64,000 nucleotides of DNA from Octopus sinensis. Its lineage: Eukaryota. A program made the position numbers and the translations under genes. The stretch covers positions 127,844,001-127,908,000 of the forward strand of contig NC_042997.1 of NCBI RefSeq assembly GCF_006345805.1. The letters are read 5' to 3'. Under the pieces are notes generated by a model, which was not told the origin of the DNA, did not search any database, and worked only from the letters and a program-made list of their open reading frames with translations. Positions 49,960 through 63,900 of this stretch are shown here, piece by piece (within the stretch, counting starts at the first letter, position 1; each line of letters begins with the position of its first letter).

Positions 49960-52900
49960 ATGTTAAAATATAAAGATCGTATACGACGAAGACAGACCTA
50001 ACACATGCAAACAATGAAAACCAAACAAATAAAAAAATAATAAGTAGGAATACAATAAAATTATACCCGAGTATACCTACAGAATACTAACGAACAAAAG
50101 CTGGAAAATATGAGCTAAAAGTGAACGTGAGAAAGATTTAGTTGTAGACAATTCAATAAATGGAAATTCTGAATATGACAATAATCTAAAGGTAGAAATT
50201 GTTAAATAATTAAAATCGATAGAAGATCTTCCTATGAAGCAACGAAAGATAAAATCTAACGATAAAATAGCAACAACAATTAAAATTACGTAAACCTGGC
50301 CATTATAGACTTACTGAACAGATGGGAACATCAATATCACGAACATAAATCAAATAATCTATACCGCAGTCACTGTAGTCACAAAAGAAAAGAATCATAT
50401 AAAATATCAAAACTCATAAAACAAATACAGAAAGATAGAAAATAAAAGAAAAAGATCTTTCAATCCTTAATGAAATGAAAAAAAAAAGTAAAGATGAAAA
50501 TGGAAAACATAAAAGAGACAATTTACAACAGAAATACAATATTACATAACATAACAAAAAATAAAAAGAAATAAGTACCCGAAATCAAAGAATGTCTGAA
50601 TCATGAAATCCTCGCTAAATCGCAAAGAATCTGTCTTTAAGAAAAGTGGCAACGATTCTTTGAAGAACACAAGAAGTTCGATTCCAACCTGAAACTATTT
50701 TTATCAAGAACTAGTTAGCAACAAAAAAGAACTTAACGCAGCGTGAACAGCAAAAGAAGCTGGAGAATTTGGAGAAGGAATTTGGATAGCAGATGGATTG
50801 CATGGGCAAAAATGTTCAACACATCAAGTACTGCATCTTGACAAGAGAAGTGGGTCCTATGAACATGAGAAATAGCGCGGACCCTATAAAAAATGAACGA
50901 CTAAAAAGCACTCGGAAGCAATAAGGTTCCTATCTTTAGACCGACAGGCACAAAGTGGTAACAATATTCCCTGATTCAGGGAAATGGTTGGAAACAACTA
51001 CTCAAATGGTTTTCTGGGCAGAAAAAATCTTTTGATTTCTAAGACGAAAAGGGAACAAAAAAAATCCAGAAAACTACAAGATTATGCAAAACGTGGATAT
51101 CGTACGAGAAAAATGCTTGACTGGGAAAATGTAAAAACACTTCAGCTCCATAAGAACAGAAATGATTTTTTAAAAGTTTTCTCAGGCACAACAATGTGGC
51201 TAAGAAGCTCACTTTGTAATCATGCATTTTCAGGTTCAGTCCCACTACGCGGAACCTTCTACTATAACTACGACGCGATCAATTCCTTGTGGGCGAATTT
51301 GATAGGCGGAAATTGTGAGGAAGCCGAATGTGTGTCTGTGTGTGTCCGTCTGTCTGTTGCCTGTCTGTATTTGTGTTTGTCACCACCAGCCCCACCGCTT
51401 GTTTACGTTCCTGTAACTTATCAGTTCGGCAAAAGAGATCGATAGAGTATCATACTTAAAAAGGAAGTACTAAAGTCGATTTGTTCAACTAAAATCCTTC
51501 AAAGCAGTGCCCCAGCTTGACCACAGACTGAAACAACTAAACGGTAAAAGACGGATGTGGAGATCTGTTATTAATCTACTAAGTGATAACTGGATACAAT
51601 TAGAGACGTAAGAAGAGAGTCTCACCATGGCATGGATTGCTAGAAAGTTTTTGATAGGTTCCTCAATCATATAGGCCATTTAACATACAATAGCAACAAT
51701 AACAATTATGTTGTGAAGACATATTTTATAGAATGGCATAAAGGAGGGAATTTTAGGACAAAACTGTTCCTCTCACAAAAGGTATATTCCAGGGAGACTC
51801 CTTATTTCTCATCTTTTTTTTGTATTCTGAGAGAGGATACAATCGGTTAAATCACCTCCGTTACTTGATTTGCATTTCATTTCCCGACGCTGGAAAAGAT
51901 GAACAGTAAATTTGATTTCGGCGTGATTTGAACTCGATAAAGTTACGGTGCCACCAGGTACTGAAACGCTGTCAGATATCATAGTTGTAAAATTCTATGA
52001 TCAAAGTTTGTAAGTGTAAAACACTTCAAAAAGCATGAGCATTTCTTACGGGGGAACAATACGTTTATGAAATACTGAAATGTTAGAGCGATGATATTAA
52101 CAATGAAAAACATAACGCTAGATGATACACTAACGGCAACGGAAATTCAAGCATGTTGGCAGAAAATAAGGGACAGAAATATCCAGTACAATGAAAAATA
52201 GCACAATGGATCAGAAGGGAAAAAGGGGATATAAAAATTCAAAATACCGTAAACCTGACTATTCATATCCAGCGATGAAATCAGTAGCGCGACAAAAGAG
52301 CTACAAGCAACTGAAAAGCCCCTGTGATTGAAAAAGTCTCCAATTTCTGGTTGAAAAACCTAATCAGTATTCATGAATCTGTGGCAACAGCGTTTAATGA
52401 ATTAATAATCAGCTCACAATCAACACCTAAATGGCTACCAGAGATGAAAACAATATTGATTCCCATAACTAAAAGTACCAGGGACCCTCAAAACTACAGA
52501 CCTATAATTTGTTTGCCTACAACATACAAAATCCCTAAATCAGTCAAGACTTCTGAAATAAATGTTTCAAAGAGAAACAAGACTGCTTTCGCTCTCCGGG
52601 ATCTCATCAAAATTCAAGAGAATGTTGAGATTTTTATTTAGTTTTATATTTTTATTTCAGATGTTCAAGACTCCACCATTTGGCACCTTTGCATGCCGGT
52701 TGAATCCTACTCCTATAGCTCTTTCATTTATTCTTTATAAGAAAAACTAGCTGCCCACCTGGAAGGCAATAACATCATACTAGGTCCCGAAATTGTATGT
52801 ATGACCGTAGAGAACAATTGCGTAACAATCGGGCAATTATCGAAGATAGGAAAATGTGAAAAATTAATCTTAGCCGAAATCACTTCATTACAGAAAAGAA

Positions 52901-53060
52901 TTTGATTCTCATGCCACGATGGAGAGAGCAACTATTGCCAATAACCTACATTACTTGACAGAGAAGAAGCAAATCAGATTGAAGACCAATAATGCGTCAA
53001 AAGCTTAGATTAACCTTAGAAACAGAAGATCTAAGTTTAGTTGTACAGGATCGATGCAGT
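49960..53060 (+). mobile_element. Heavily degraded R4/Dong-like fragments (at least 2 copies), interrupted by SINEs at ~51195-51550 and ~51860-51960
   Basis: ILAKSQRI...FYQEL, GIFQGDSL, VSNFWLKNL...PKWL...KTILIP...PQNYRPIICLPTTYK. Confidence 0.7.
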
Positions 53061-53830
53061 CATGAGAAGAAAAAAAAAGAGAGAATGTATAATGAAACAA
53101 AAAAACTAGTGTTAAGTATAGATAGTACAACCAGTACAATGAGATAATTGACTATATATCATTAATTGTCCACTCCTTGCTATGTTAAAATGTGGACACA
53201 CATGCGACCGAATCGACACTTCGACGTAAAATTTAATACGTGGTGTAAGTTTGTACAAAACACAGATCATGATGAAAATGGCTTGAATATAATCAGTGAG
53301 ACATGTCTGATTAGAGTGGCAAAGAAATCATGGAGAATCATCGAGATACAACTGATGCTAAAGATAGAAAAGAGAATCGTGGTATCTGCTCAAAGTATTT
53401 GTGCCGAATATGCCCCACCCCCACCCCCGCCAAAAAAAAGAAACAGTCGAAAGATATCAAAATTCAATCATTCTGAAATTGGAAGTAAACAGGAATCGGC
53501 TTGTTGTCTGGTGGTTAGTGGTGTTTGACTAATGATCATACGGTTTTAGATTCGATTGTTGGGGACGAGGCGGTGCAATAAGTCATTGAGATATGTCATT
53601 TAGCAAGGCACTTCATTTCATGTTATTCGGGTTTACTTAGCTGAAAATGTGGACCAGCCGAGTGCTGGTGCAACTGTCTTTACCCTCCAGCTGTCCTCGA
53701 AGACCATTGTTAAAATGTTCTCATTTCATTGTTTTTCTTGAAAATCTGTGTACAGATACAAACCCAACTGTTTAACTGGTTTGTACCTTTTATGTAAAAC
53801 AATTATTATCCGCACGCTGGACAAAATATA

Positions 53831-54467
53831 GAGTCATCCCATAAATAATGCAATTTTTTCGATTGCATGAACTAAAAGTTGGATGGTTAGGAGAGATAAA
53901 CTACCTGCGTCAACTTGTTATAAAAGCAGTTAGTAATTATATTCTTAGCGTAAGTTTTGAAGAGTGCAGTTAGACTTTAACAGTTTTTTTTTCAAAGCTA
54001 TAACGGAAGTGACAAAGGAGCATATTCAGCATATTTTGCTTTATGGGTTCAATAAAGGCAACAACGCAATGGAAAGTGCGAGGAACATTAATACAGTATA
54101 TGGAGATTGGACAATAAGCGTAATCCAGTGTCAATGGTGGTTCCAGAAATTCCGAGCCGGAAACTACAGCCTAGAAGACAAGCCTCATCCTGGAAAATCT
54201 GTAAAGCTCGATGAGGACATCCTACAAACCCTGGTGGAACAGAATCCCATGGTAACTGTTGAGGAACTAGCAGAGAAGCTTGAATTTGGTCATTCAACCA
54301 TTCATCGACACCTGCGTGCCATCGGAACAGTTAGCAAATTGAGTCAATGGGTTCCTCAAAACTTTTCCGAGTCTAATCGCGCGCAGAGAGTGAGTGTGTG
54401 CTCTTCTTTGCTATAACGTCTCACGAATGAACCTTTTTTGGACCGAATAGTGACAGGTGACGAGAAA
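53831..54467 (+). mobile_element. mariner transposon 5' half (TIR plus transposase up to the first catalytic Asp)
   Basis: TA then TIR-like GAGTCATCCCATAAATAATGC; ORF 53964-54416 with HTH, WVPQ(H) and RIVTGDEK; one stop, then truncated. Not a SETMAR-type fusion. Confidence 0.92.
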
Positions 54468-54469
54468 TG

Positions 54470-54715
54470 TTCCCCTCCAGTTGCTCCGGTTTATTGACGT
54501 GAACCCTCTCTTTCAGGTATCCCCACAAGAAAAAAATCTGGGCTAGTCAAGTCTGGGAAACGTGAAAGCCAGTTGACATTGTCGTAGCGGGAGATTATTC
54601 TCTCTCCAAAGCACTGCCGTGAACAACGGCATTGTTTCCCTTGCGGTATGAGCAGTTGCCCCATCTTGCTGGAACCATGTGTGAGGTCTACTTTGAATGG
54701 CTGGGCGCAATCATG
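54470..54715 (-). mobile_element. Tc1/mariner-superfamily fragment, rosa/DD41D-like
   Basis: TWFQQDGATAHTARET...IISR...W.SR.PDLTSPDFFLWGYLKERV; 41 residues between the 2nd and 3rd Asp after correcting one frameshift. Confidence 0.8.
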
Positions 54716-55037
54716 GATTCTTCAGTTTCCATAGCTGGGCTGTTTCGTACTTTAGAGGGTTGTATTTATCTATTTTTTCACTTTCCTTCTCGACTATTCC
54801 TGGGTCAAAGGGGCATGCAACACCAACTATATAGCACATGTGATACATCTTGTCGACCACCACTAGGTCCGGTCTGTTATGCTCTAGCACCTGATCTGTT
54901 TGGATTGAGAAATCCCAGAGAATTTTGCTAATCTCCAACTTCGCCATTCTCTACGGTTTGTGTTCAAGGTACGTCTCGCATTTTTCTAGCCCCAACTTTT
55001 CGCACAATTTCCAATGTAGCACTTTCGTTACGTAGTC
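54716..55037 (-). mobile_element. R4/Dong-like REL endonuclease fragment
   Basis: KILWDFSIQTDQVLEHNRPDLVVVDK...VACPFD...KIDKYNPLKYE. Confidence 0.88.
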
Positions 55038-55048
55038 GTGCCGCCACA

Positions 55049-55150
<102 letters not shown>

Positions 55151-55195
55151 TACTATTATTATTACTATTATTATTACTATTACTATTACTATTAC

Positions 55196-55275
<80 letters not shown>

Positions 55276-55302
55276 ATATTATTATTATTATTATTATTAT
55301 TA

Positions 55303-55392
<90 letters not shown>

Positions 55393-55404
55393 CATCATCA
55401 TCAT

Positions 55405-56100
55405 TCAGTAGTCTTATGTTTATCACGTGCTTTCACTGCGCTACCGAGCGCAGCTCTATGTGCCTTCAGGATGTACTGTAGTCTGTTGTGATGCTCTTAT
55501 TTTTACTTTATTGAAAGTGTTTTACGTAGGATATGTGCAGTGCCTAATGGGGCTATTTTCTGTATGTTATAAATATTTGTTAGTCCTGGTGTTTTTCTTA
55601 TGTATTTATCTGAATGTTTTTTTATCATACCTAATGTGGCTACTATGATAGGAATTGTTTCTGTCTTTAGGCTCCACATTCGAGTTACCTCTTTTTCTAG
55701 ATCTTTGTATTTTGAAAGTTTCTCCGTTTCTTTTGGAGAAACAGTTTCATCTCTTGGTATTGATACATCAATTAGAAAGCATTATTTTTCTTGGTAATCT
55801 CTGACAACTATATTTGGTATATTGGCCTTAATTTCTCTATAAGTGTGTATTGCCATATCCCAGAGAATGGTTGTTTTCTCATTTTCTGTGACCTTTTCTA
55901 GTGTGTGCATTATTGTTGTTGTTGTTGTTGTTGTTGTAGTTGTTATGATTAACATCATCAAATTTTCGTAAGTTTTATGCAAATTTTTATTGCATCACCA
56001 AGTGTACATCAGTATTCCGAGGTGTGTTCAGCATTGAGAATGCAGCAACTTGTTCGTCTGCTCCATCCGCTTGGGTTTGCTGTATGGCTTGCTTTGTTTT
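55405..56100 (-). mobile_element. R4/Dong-like 3' end (REL, 3' UTR) running into an (AAT)n/(GAT)n array at 55045-55404
   Basis: TTILWDMAIHTYREIKANIPNIVVRD...CFLIDVSIP; 3' UTR similar to 60780-60880. Confidence 0.85.
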
Positions 56101-56369
56101 GTTGATTTTTGTGTTACGTTTGTGTTTTGTCTGTTGCACAGAACATGTACCATGAAAAATGTGATATCTTACGATATGGTTGTTGTGTAGAATGTGTGGT
56201 GTGAGCTGTGTTATAGTTTATTGGTAATGCTACTTGTTGAGAATACATGTTGTGTTCAGTGGTGCTGAACGTGTCAGCTATGATTTATCTCTTACTTAGA
56301 AAGTAGGCTGTTACAAGTAATGCTATGTTTTGGATGTATTTAGAGTTATAAATCCAGTTTTTGTTTATG

Positions 56370-57800
56370 TATAATAAAATAGTGAAGACTGAGAGCTTCT
56401 TACAATGCAAAAAAGAAAACATTTAATAACCTTTGTGTGTTTCAGGCTCAAATGCCCATCATCAGCAGTAAACAATAAATAGACGTTAGTCAATACAGTG
56501 CTAGTCCAAGGAACGAAGTAGATGGTATACATCAATCTACTATGAAGGAAAAAATAGAGCACTATAGGAGAATGAGACTTGTACTGAAGACTGAACTCAA
56601 CTCTAAAAACCACTTCGAAACCATTAACACTTTGGCACTTCCAGCTGTCCAATACATTTTAACATTATTAAATGAAATCCTACGGAACTCCAACGCTTGG
56701 ACAGAATGACAAGAAAATTATTGACATCCGAGAACATGGACCACCCTACGGCAGACGTAGACCGTCTGTAACTACCTAGAAGCAGTAGGTGAGAAGAGGA
56801 ATTATACAATTAAAATTTTGCTATAAAACCTCTAATATAGGAATGAACAGGTACTTATCTAGAATAGAGGAGGACTGGATACTGCGACTTGTGTACAAAC
56901 ATGAAAACGGCAATAAGTCATACTCTATTGTCAAAGAAGCTTATAAATTTGAAAGGGAGCTTTATATGAACGCGGAGTTAGATGAGGGATCTGAAAACCA
57001 TTGCTACCATGCAAGCAAAAGGAATCAAACAGACTTCAAAAAAGAACGGAGAGAAACAGATTGAGAAGTGGTGGAACCAGAAGCCCCTGCAAGAACAATA
57101 CATTCTCCGAAGCCAAAATGCTGATGTATACCATGCAACAACCCATCAGTGGATGAAGAGCTCAGGATCGAAAGCAGAGACTGAGGGCTTCATACTGGTA
57201 GCACAAGATCAAACCTTGCTTACCAGGTTAACGTTCTCTAAATGCAGATTATGTGATACATTTGACGAAACAATAGACCATCTCGTTTCGGGTTGTCCTC
57301 TCCAGACACCAAACGAATACAAAAATCGCCACGATAGGGTAGGACAAATTTGCATTGGAAAATATATTAACACTACAAAATCGGCATTCCTGCTTACCGC
57401 TAAACAACATCCTGAGCCAGTTATTGAAGGTAAAAATGTCACCTTCCTTTGGTATTTCCCAGTCAACACCGACAGAACGATCCAGGCTAATCGATCAGAC
57501 ATAATTAATAAAGGCAGGGAAGAAAATACTTTCAGGCTAATAGATGTAAGTGTTTCCAAAGATAAATATATATCTGTAAAGGAATTTGACAAACTTAGTA
57601 AATATAAGAACCTGGGAACTGAAATACAAAAGATGAGGAATCTTAAAGCAAAAATTGTTCCTGTTATTGTAGGTCTCCTAGATATGATAAAAAAAGGAGA
57701 TGCCGAAAACATTTAGACAACATCCCAGAAGACCCATGTCTCTACGAAATCCAAAAGATTGTGCAGACCAGTACTGCCCACATCCTTAGAAAAGCCCTAT
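56370..57800 (+). mobile_element. R4/Dong-like 3' half, degraded
   Basis: ORF 56982-57716: SSGSKAETEGFILVAQDQ, CRLCDTFDETIDHLVSGC, DRTIQANRSDII...IDVSV. Confidence 0.9.
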
Positions 57801-58359
57801 TTAAATGTCTATGTTGTATTATATGGAGGTATTCTATTTCTCTACTAACTTCGCCACATCCCCTCGCCAAGTCTTCAGTTATATTTCAACGTCTCTAAAG
57901 CTTCACTTGACCTAGGGTGCTGGGTGTGTCCTGGAAAGTGATTGCATCAAGCATGCAGATTAAAAGTGAACAACAACAACAACAACAACAACAACAATTA
58001 TGATGATGATGATGATGATAAATACCAACACCTGGAAATAGTTAAGGAGAAGTGATCTGAGAGAATGCATTAAAGCAGTGATTTACAGCGCTCTGGAACA
58101 AGCTTTTAGAACTAATTACGCCAAATTTCAAATAGATTGGAGTAGTGAATCACCCCTTTATAGCATGTTTAGAATGAAAATTGAAGGAGTCTCACATATT
58201 GTGAGTTGAATGCAGAAAATTCGCTCAAAAGATATACAAAAGGAAGCAAGATAAAATGGCACCCTAGTCATAACATCGACTTGAAATTCTAACATGCCTC
58301 TTGAGATCTCTAGGTGAAACGTGGAGTAAACTTGAATAATTATAAAGCAAAAGCCAAAC

Positions 58360-58419
<60 letters not shown>

Positions 58420-58435
58420 TAATAATAATAACAAC

Positions 58436-58533
<98 letters not shown>

Positions 58534-58534
<1 letters not shown>

Positions 58535-60895
58535 CTGGGCATGACAAGATCCCCAACTTCTGGTTGAAATATCTAACAGGAATGCACAAAAAGCTGGCTG
58601 AAAACTTTAACAACGTACTAGCAAAGCCAGAGACAATGCCTGAATGGCTCATGAAGGGGAAAACCATCTTAATTCCCAAATCAAATGAAACAGAAAAACC
58701 AGAAAACTACAGACCAATAACCTGCCTCCCTACTATGTTCAAGGCATTTACTGCAGTGATATCACAAAGGCTGAACAAGCACCTGGACGAAAACAAACTG
58801 TTCCCAGAAGAGCAGAAAGGATGCCGCAAAGGCTCATATGGCTGTAAAGATCAACTAATGATTAATAAAGCCATAACTGAAGACAGCCACAGAAAGAAGA
58901 AAGGCCTTAGTATGGCCTGGATTGACTACAAAAAGGCGTTTGATAGCATCCCCCACACATGGATCCTCGAAACACTAGCCATTAACAAAGTAGCACCAAC
59001 AATCATAAAATTCATAGAGCACTCTATGAATAAATGGCAAACAGTCCTACACCTCCAAACAAAAGAGGGACTCATGAAAACCAAAGACATCCCCATTAGA
59101 AGAGGAATATTCCAGGGAGACACGCTCTCTCCACTCCTTTTCTGCTTGGCACTGTCACCTCTATCTGATATGCTAAATAGAACTGGATGCGGATATAAAT
59201 GTTACGGCAAAACGATCAGCCACCTTTTATATATGGATGACCTAAAACTATACGCTGCAAATGACAAACAGCTGGAAACACTATTAAAGACAGTTCATGG
59301 ATTTACCAAAGAAATAGATATGAAATTTGGATTAGAAAAATGCGCCAAAGTAACCATGAAAAGAGGAAAACTAGTTAAGAGTAACAACATCACACTAGAT
59401 AAAACCAATGAAATAAAATAATTAGACCAAAGCCAAACTTACAAATACTTAGGAATCCATGAACTAGATAAGACACAACACACACAAATGAAAGAGAAAA
59501 TAAAAAAAGAATATTATAGACGAGTTAGATCAATACTAAACACAGAGCTCAATGCTAAAAACAAGATAATAGGTATCAACACTTTAGCTGTCCCAGTTAT
59601 AAGTTACAGCTACAATATCCTTAACTGGACACGAAATGAACTGACCAAAATAGATAGGAAAACAAGAAAAATAATGAGAGGATCTAGGATGCATCACCCA
59701 AAATCTGACATAGAAAGACTATATATACAACGTATAGAAGGTGGTAGAGGCCTTATACAGCTGGAAAACTACTATAAAATAACCACCATAGGACTGCAAA
59801 AATATCTACTTCAGAAGGAAGGAAAACTGATCCAGATAGCGGCAAAACACGAGCAAAACAAAAAACTGTTCTCAGTATTTAAGGAAGCTGACAAATACAA
59901 ACAAGAAATCATACCACCTAATAAACATGAAGAAGAAGATGAAGAAACAACAAAAGCTATAAAACAAATGAAATCCAAATTAAAAATAGAACAGCAACGA
60001 ACCATGATAAAACGATGGCAAGAAAAGCCCCTTCATGATAAATACTGGACTAAACTAAACGCAAAAGAAATAGACAAAAAAAAATCCCAGCAATGGTTGA
60101 GAAGCTCAGGACTCAAAGCAGAAACAGAGGGATGTTTAATTGCAGCACAAGACCAAAGCCTCCCCATCAGAAATTACCAAAAACATGTAATGAAAAGAAA
60201 TATTACAAGTAACTGCAGAATATGTGGAGATGGACAAGAAACAATAAATCATATTATCTCTAGCTGCCCAGTCCTGGCTAAGAAGGAATATATTCACAGA
60301 CATGACAGAGTTGGAACTTACATACATTGGAAGCTATGCCAACATTATGGAATAACAACAGAAAAAATATGGTATAGGCACACACCAGAAAAGGTCACAG
60401 AAAACGAGAAAGCAACCATACTCTGGGATATGCCGATACACACAGATAGAGAAATTAAGGCCAACAGACCAGATATAGTTGTCAGAGACCATGAAGAAAA
60501 AAAATGCTTTCTAATTGATGTATCAATACCGGCATATGACAACGTGTCTCTAAAATAAATGGAGAAACTCTCAAAATACAAAGACCTGGAAATAGAGGTA
60601 ACTAGAATGTGGAATCTGAAAACAGAAACAATTCCTATCATTGTAGGTGCATTAGGCATGATAAAAAATATTCAGACAAATACATAACAAAAACACCAGG
60701 ACTTACAAACACATATAACATACAGAAAATTGCACTACTAGGCACTGTACACATCCTACGCAGAACACTTTCCATACAATAACCATCAGAGCATCACAAC
60801 AAATCACAGCACATACCCAAGGCACACAGAGCTGCGCTCGGTAGTGAAGTGAAAGCACGCTATAAAAATAAAAGTACTGAATAATAATAATAATA
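58534..60895 (+). mobile_element. 5'-truncated, nearly intact R4/Dong-like retrotransposon (RT, CCHC, REL) inserted in (AAT)n
   Basis: YRPITCL, DYKKAFDS, IFQGDTLSP, YMDDLKLY, CRICGDGQETINHIISSC, NRPDIVVRD...LIDVSIP; two in-frame TAA stops (59419, 60556) and one frameshift (~60670); (AAT)n at 58361-58533 and an AAT tail. Confidence 0.97.
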
Positions 60896-60919
60896 ATGAT
60901 GATGATGATGATGATGAAA

Positions 60920-63900
60920 GGAAGCAGCTGGAATCTCCCGATACTCTGATAGATGATACTCTAGTGATGGTGTCACAATAAAAACACTGGTAAGTGTGCA
61001 ACCTGTGACAACGAAAAATCAAAATATTGTGAATAATAGTGGTAATGAAACTGAGCTCTTGAAGGTGACAGTGTTGCACCCGGCAGGCTCAGAGATACTG
61101 GTCCGACTCCAGCCTGTCGTTATCCAACAAGGGACCACCACACACTGCGTAGATGGAACAAATAAGTCAATTCTGTGGCAACGGAGCGTTACTACCTGAG
61201 CAATCCCGTAGACGAAAATGAATGTCATCTTAGGAGATACCGTCAACGTATGTATGATCAATGGAGAGAAAGTGGATTGTTTCAACTCACGGAACAGCGA
61301 TTATGGTATCAGGTTTAGAGCAATAAGAAAAAATCCTTGTTTCACAGAAGTAGATCTCGAAGCTACCAATAGACGGGTATTGGAAAACAGAAGCAGAGGA
61401 AACGATGAAAATATAGTTCCTACTGATAAAAGTAATCTCGTGGCAGAAAACAGAGGTAAAATCTCTAATAAACCACATGAAAGGAACAGTGATAGATTGC
61501 TAAATGAGAGACATATAGATCGTTTGGAAGAAGACAATAAAACTGATGGTGACTTGACAGATGGGTAAAAGGCAATCAACGACAGAATAAAGACAGTGCT
61601 ACAGGAGGACGATAGCGACATTATTTGCAATCTTAAGAAGGTTGAACGGCGAAAACTGAACCAAGAAACGAAAAATGTGAATGAAATTCTGAAATACATC
61701 ATAACAAAAAACATCACAGAAACAAACAATTTGATCAAGGCAGCAAGTATTGTTATCGTAGAAAATGTGGGTGTTGATGTCAACAAAAAGAAATATAATG
61801 GGAGTGACAAAAGAAAAGATCCATGATGGAAAAAAAGAATACAGGCAGAGTTATATATGCCCTCGAACGACATTTCTGTGTTAGACCGAAAAGATAAGGG
61901 GGAACTTTAAAGGGAACAAAAATGCAGGGCACTGAACAGGAAGTATAATATTGAAAGAAAGGGCCTGAAATTAGTAATGGAAGAACTGAAACAGCACCTC
62001 GTTGCAAAGAAAGCAAAGATGGTAAGATACGACCAAAGAATGAAGAGATACCAGCAGAATAGGTTATTCAGAGTAGATCAGAAGAGATTCTACAAGGAAA
62101 TAAATGGAGAGTGTACAGATGAAGAGTTGATACCAGATATCATTGAAAGCCAAAGGTGTTGGAGTGAAATTTGGAGCAAAGGCAAGGAGCACAAGAAGGA
62201 TGCTGGATGCTTGCAAGAACTGAAACAAACAGTAGTCTGTCCAAAACAGGCAGAACTATTCATTTCAGTTAGGGAAGTGAAGGAAATCAGCAAACCAAAA
62301 GGGCAACGGGAAGGCCCCGGGGGCAGATAGAGTTCAAGATTTGGTGAATGTCATACAGAATAGCTGTACAACTCAACATCTTGTTAAATACCGACCAAGT
62401 AACACCAGAGTCGTTGACAATGGTAGGACAGTGCTGTGATTGAAAAACATCGAAAAAGGCAATACGGTAGACAATTACAGGCCAATTATGTGGAAATTAT
62501 TGACTGGAGTAGTTGCAGAGTCAATGTAAGGACATCTAGAAAAAAGTGGAATCCTGCTACATGAGCAGAAGGTTTGCAGACGTAAGTGCAGAGGTACCAT
62601 GGACTAACTCCTGGTAGACAAAACTGTACTTAGAAACTGCAAGAGGAGAAAAACTAAATTATCCATGTCATAAATTGATTATCGTAAGGTGTACGATATG
62701 ATCCCGCATTCTTGAATTATGGAATGTATGAACCTACTGTTTCGAATGTTGAGCGATTGTTTGGAAAAAGTATGGCGAATTGGAGGACGGAACTGATAGC
62801 ATATGGAAGATGTTTAAGGACAATAAAAACCAGGAGAGGCATCTTCCAAGGGGACTGCCTGCCCCCACTGATCTTTGTACTTTGCATGATACCACTAACA
62901 CTGATTCTGAGGAAAGCAAAGGTTGGGTATGTATTCAAAAGCCTCCAACAAAAAGTCAACCAATTGTTATTCATGGATGACCTCAAACTTTATGATAAAG
63001 ATGAATCCCAAGTCAATTCCCTCGTTGGTACGGTGTATACTTTCAGTGCTGATATCAGAATGGAGTTCGGACTGAAAAAGTGTAGTGTGTTAGTCTTGAA
63101 GAGAGGCAAAATATGGACGGGCTGGTGATACCGCCGGGGGAGGTTATGAATGGAGACAGGTTATAAGTACTTGGGGATATTGAAAATGGATAAATTGATG
63201 GAGAAAGAAATGAAAGAAAAGTTCAAGGTGGAGTACTTGCACAGACTGAGACTGATCCTTAAGTCGAAATTAATCTCATCTCTTTTCATCTAGGTGGTTT
63301 CATAGAGCGCCCAATTAGATTAAACGGACAGAATAAGATTGAAGCTATCAACACCTGGGCGGTTTCACTACTTTGATATGGAGCAGGGGTAATCGCATGG
63401 ACAGTAAACGAACTAAACAGCTTAAAAAGACAAGGACGCTGCTGACTAGTTATGGGGTACTCCACCCAAAAAGTGACACTGACAGTCTGTATGCACCAAG
63501 AAAATGAGGTGGGAAAGAACTGATTGGATGCGAACACAGCATTAGAGCAGAAGAAAACAACATAACATGGTATGTAAAAATATGTCACAGAACCGCTATT
63601 ATTGGAAGAAGGTCAGGCTTGTGTAGGATGGACGATTACAAAGAAAAAAGGAAGATTACAAAGATAAAGGAAGAAAGAAAAGTCGATAGATATGACTGGT
63701 TAGCTTGGGTAGTTAAGCAGTTGTGGTCGCTGAAAAAGGTGGTAATAGTACCAATAACTGTCGGAGCCTTGGGAACAGTCAGCAAAAATCTTGAGAAGCA
63801 CATGGAACAAATAGGGGCTGCAATAAGAGTAGAGCACTTGCAGAAAACAGCACTGCTTGGAACCACTCGAATACTCCGGATGCTGCTCGAAAAATAAGGG

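Noticed and set aside
53964-54416. SETMAR/Metnase-like domesticated gene
   Set aside because: A TIR is present, there is no SET domain, and it has a premature stop and is truncated at the first catalytic Asp: an ordinary dead mariner.
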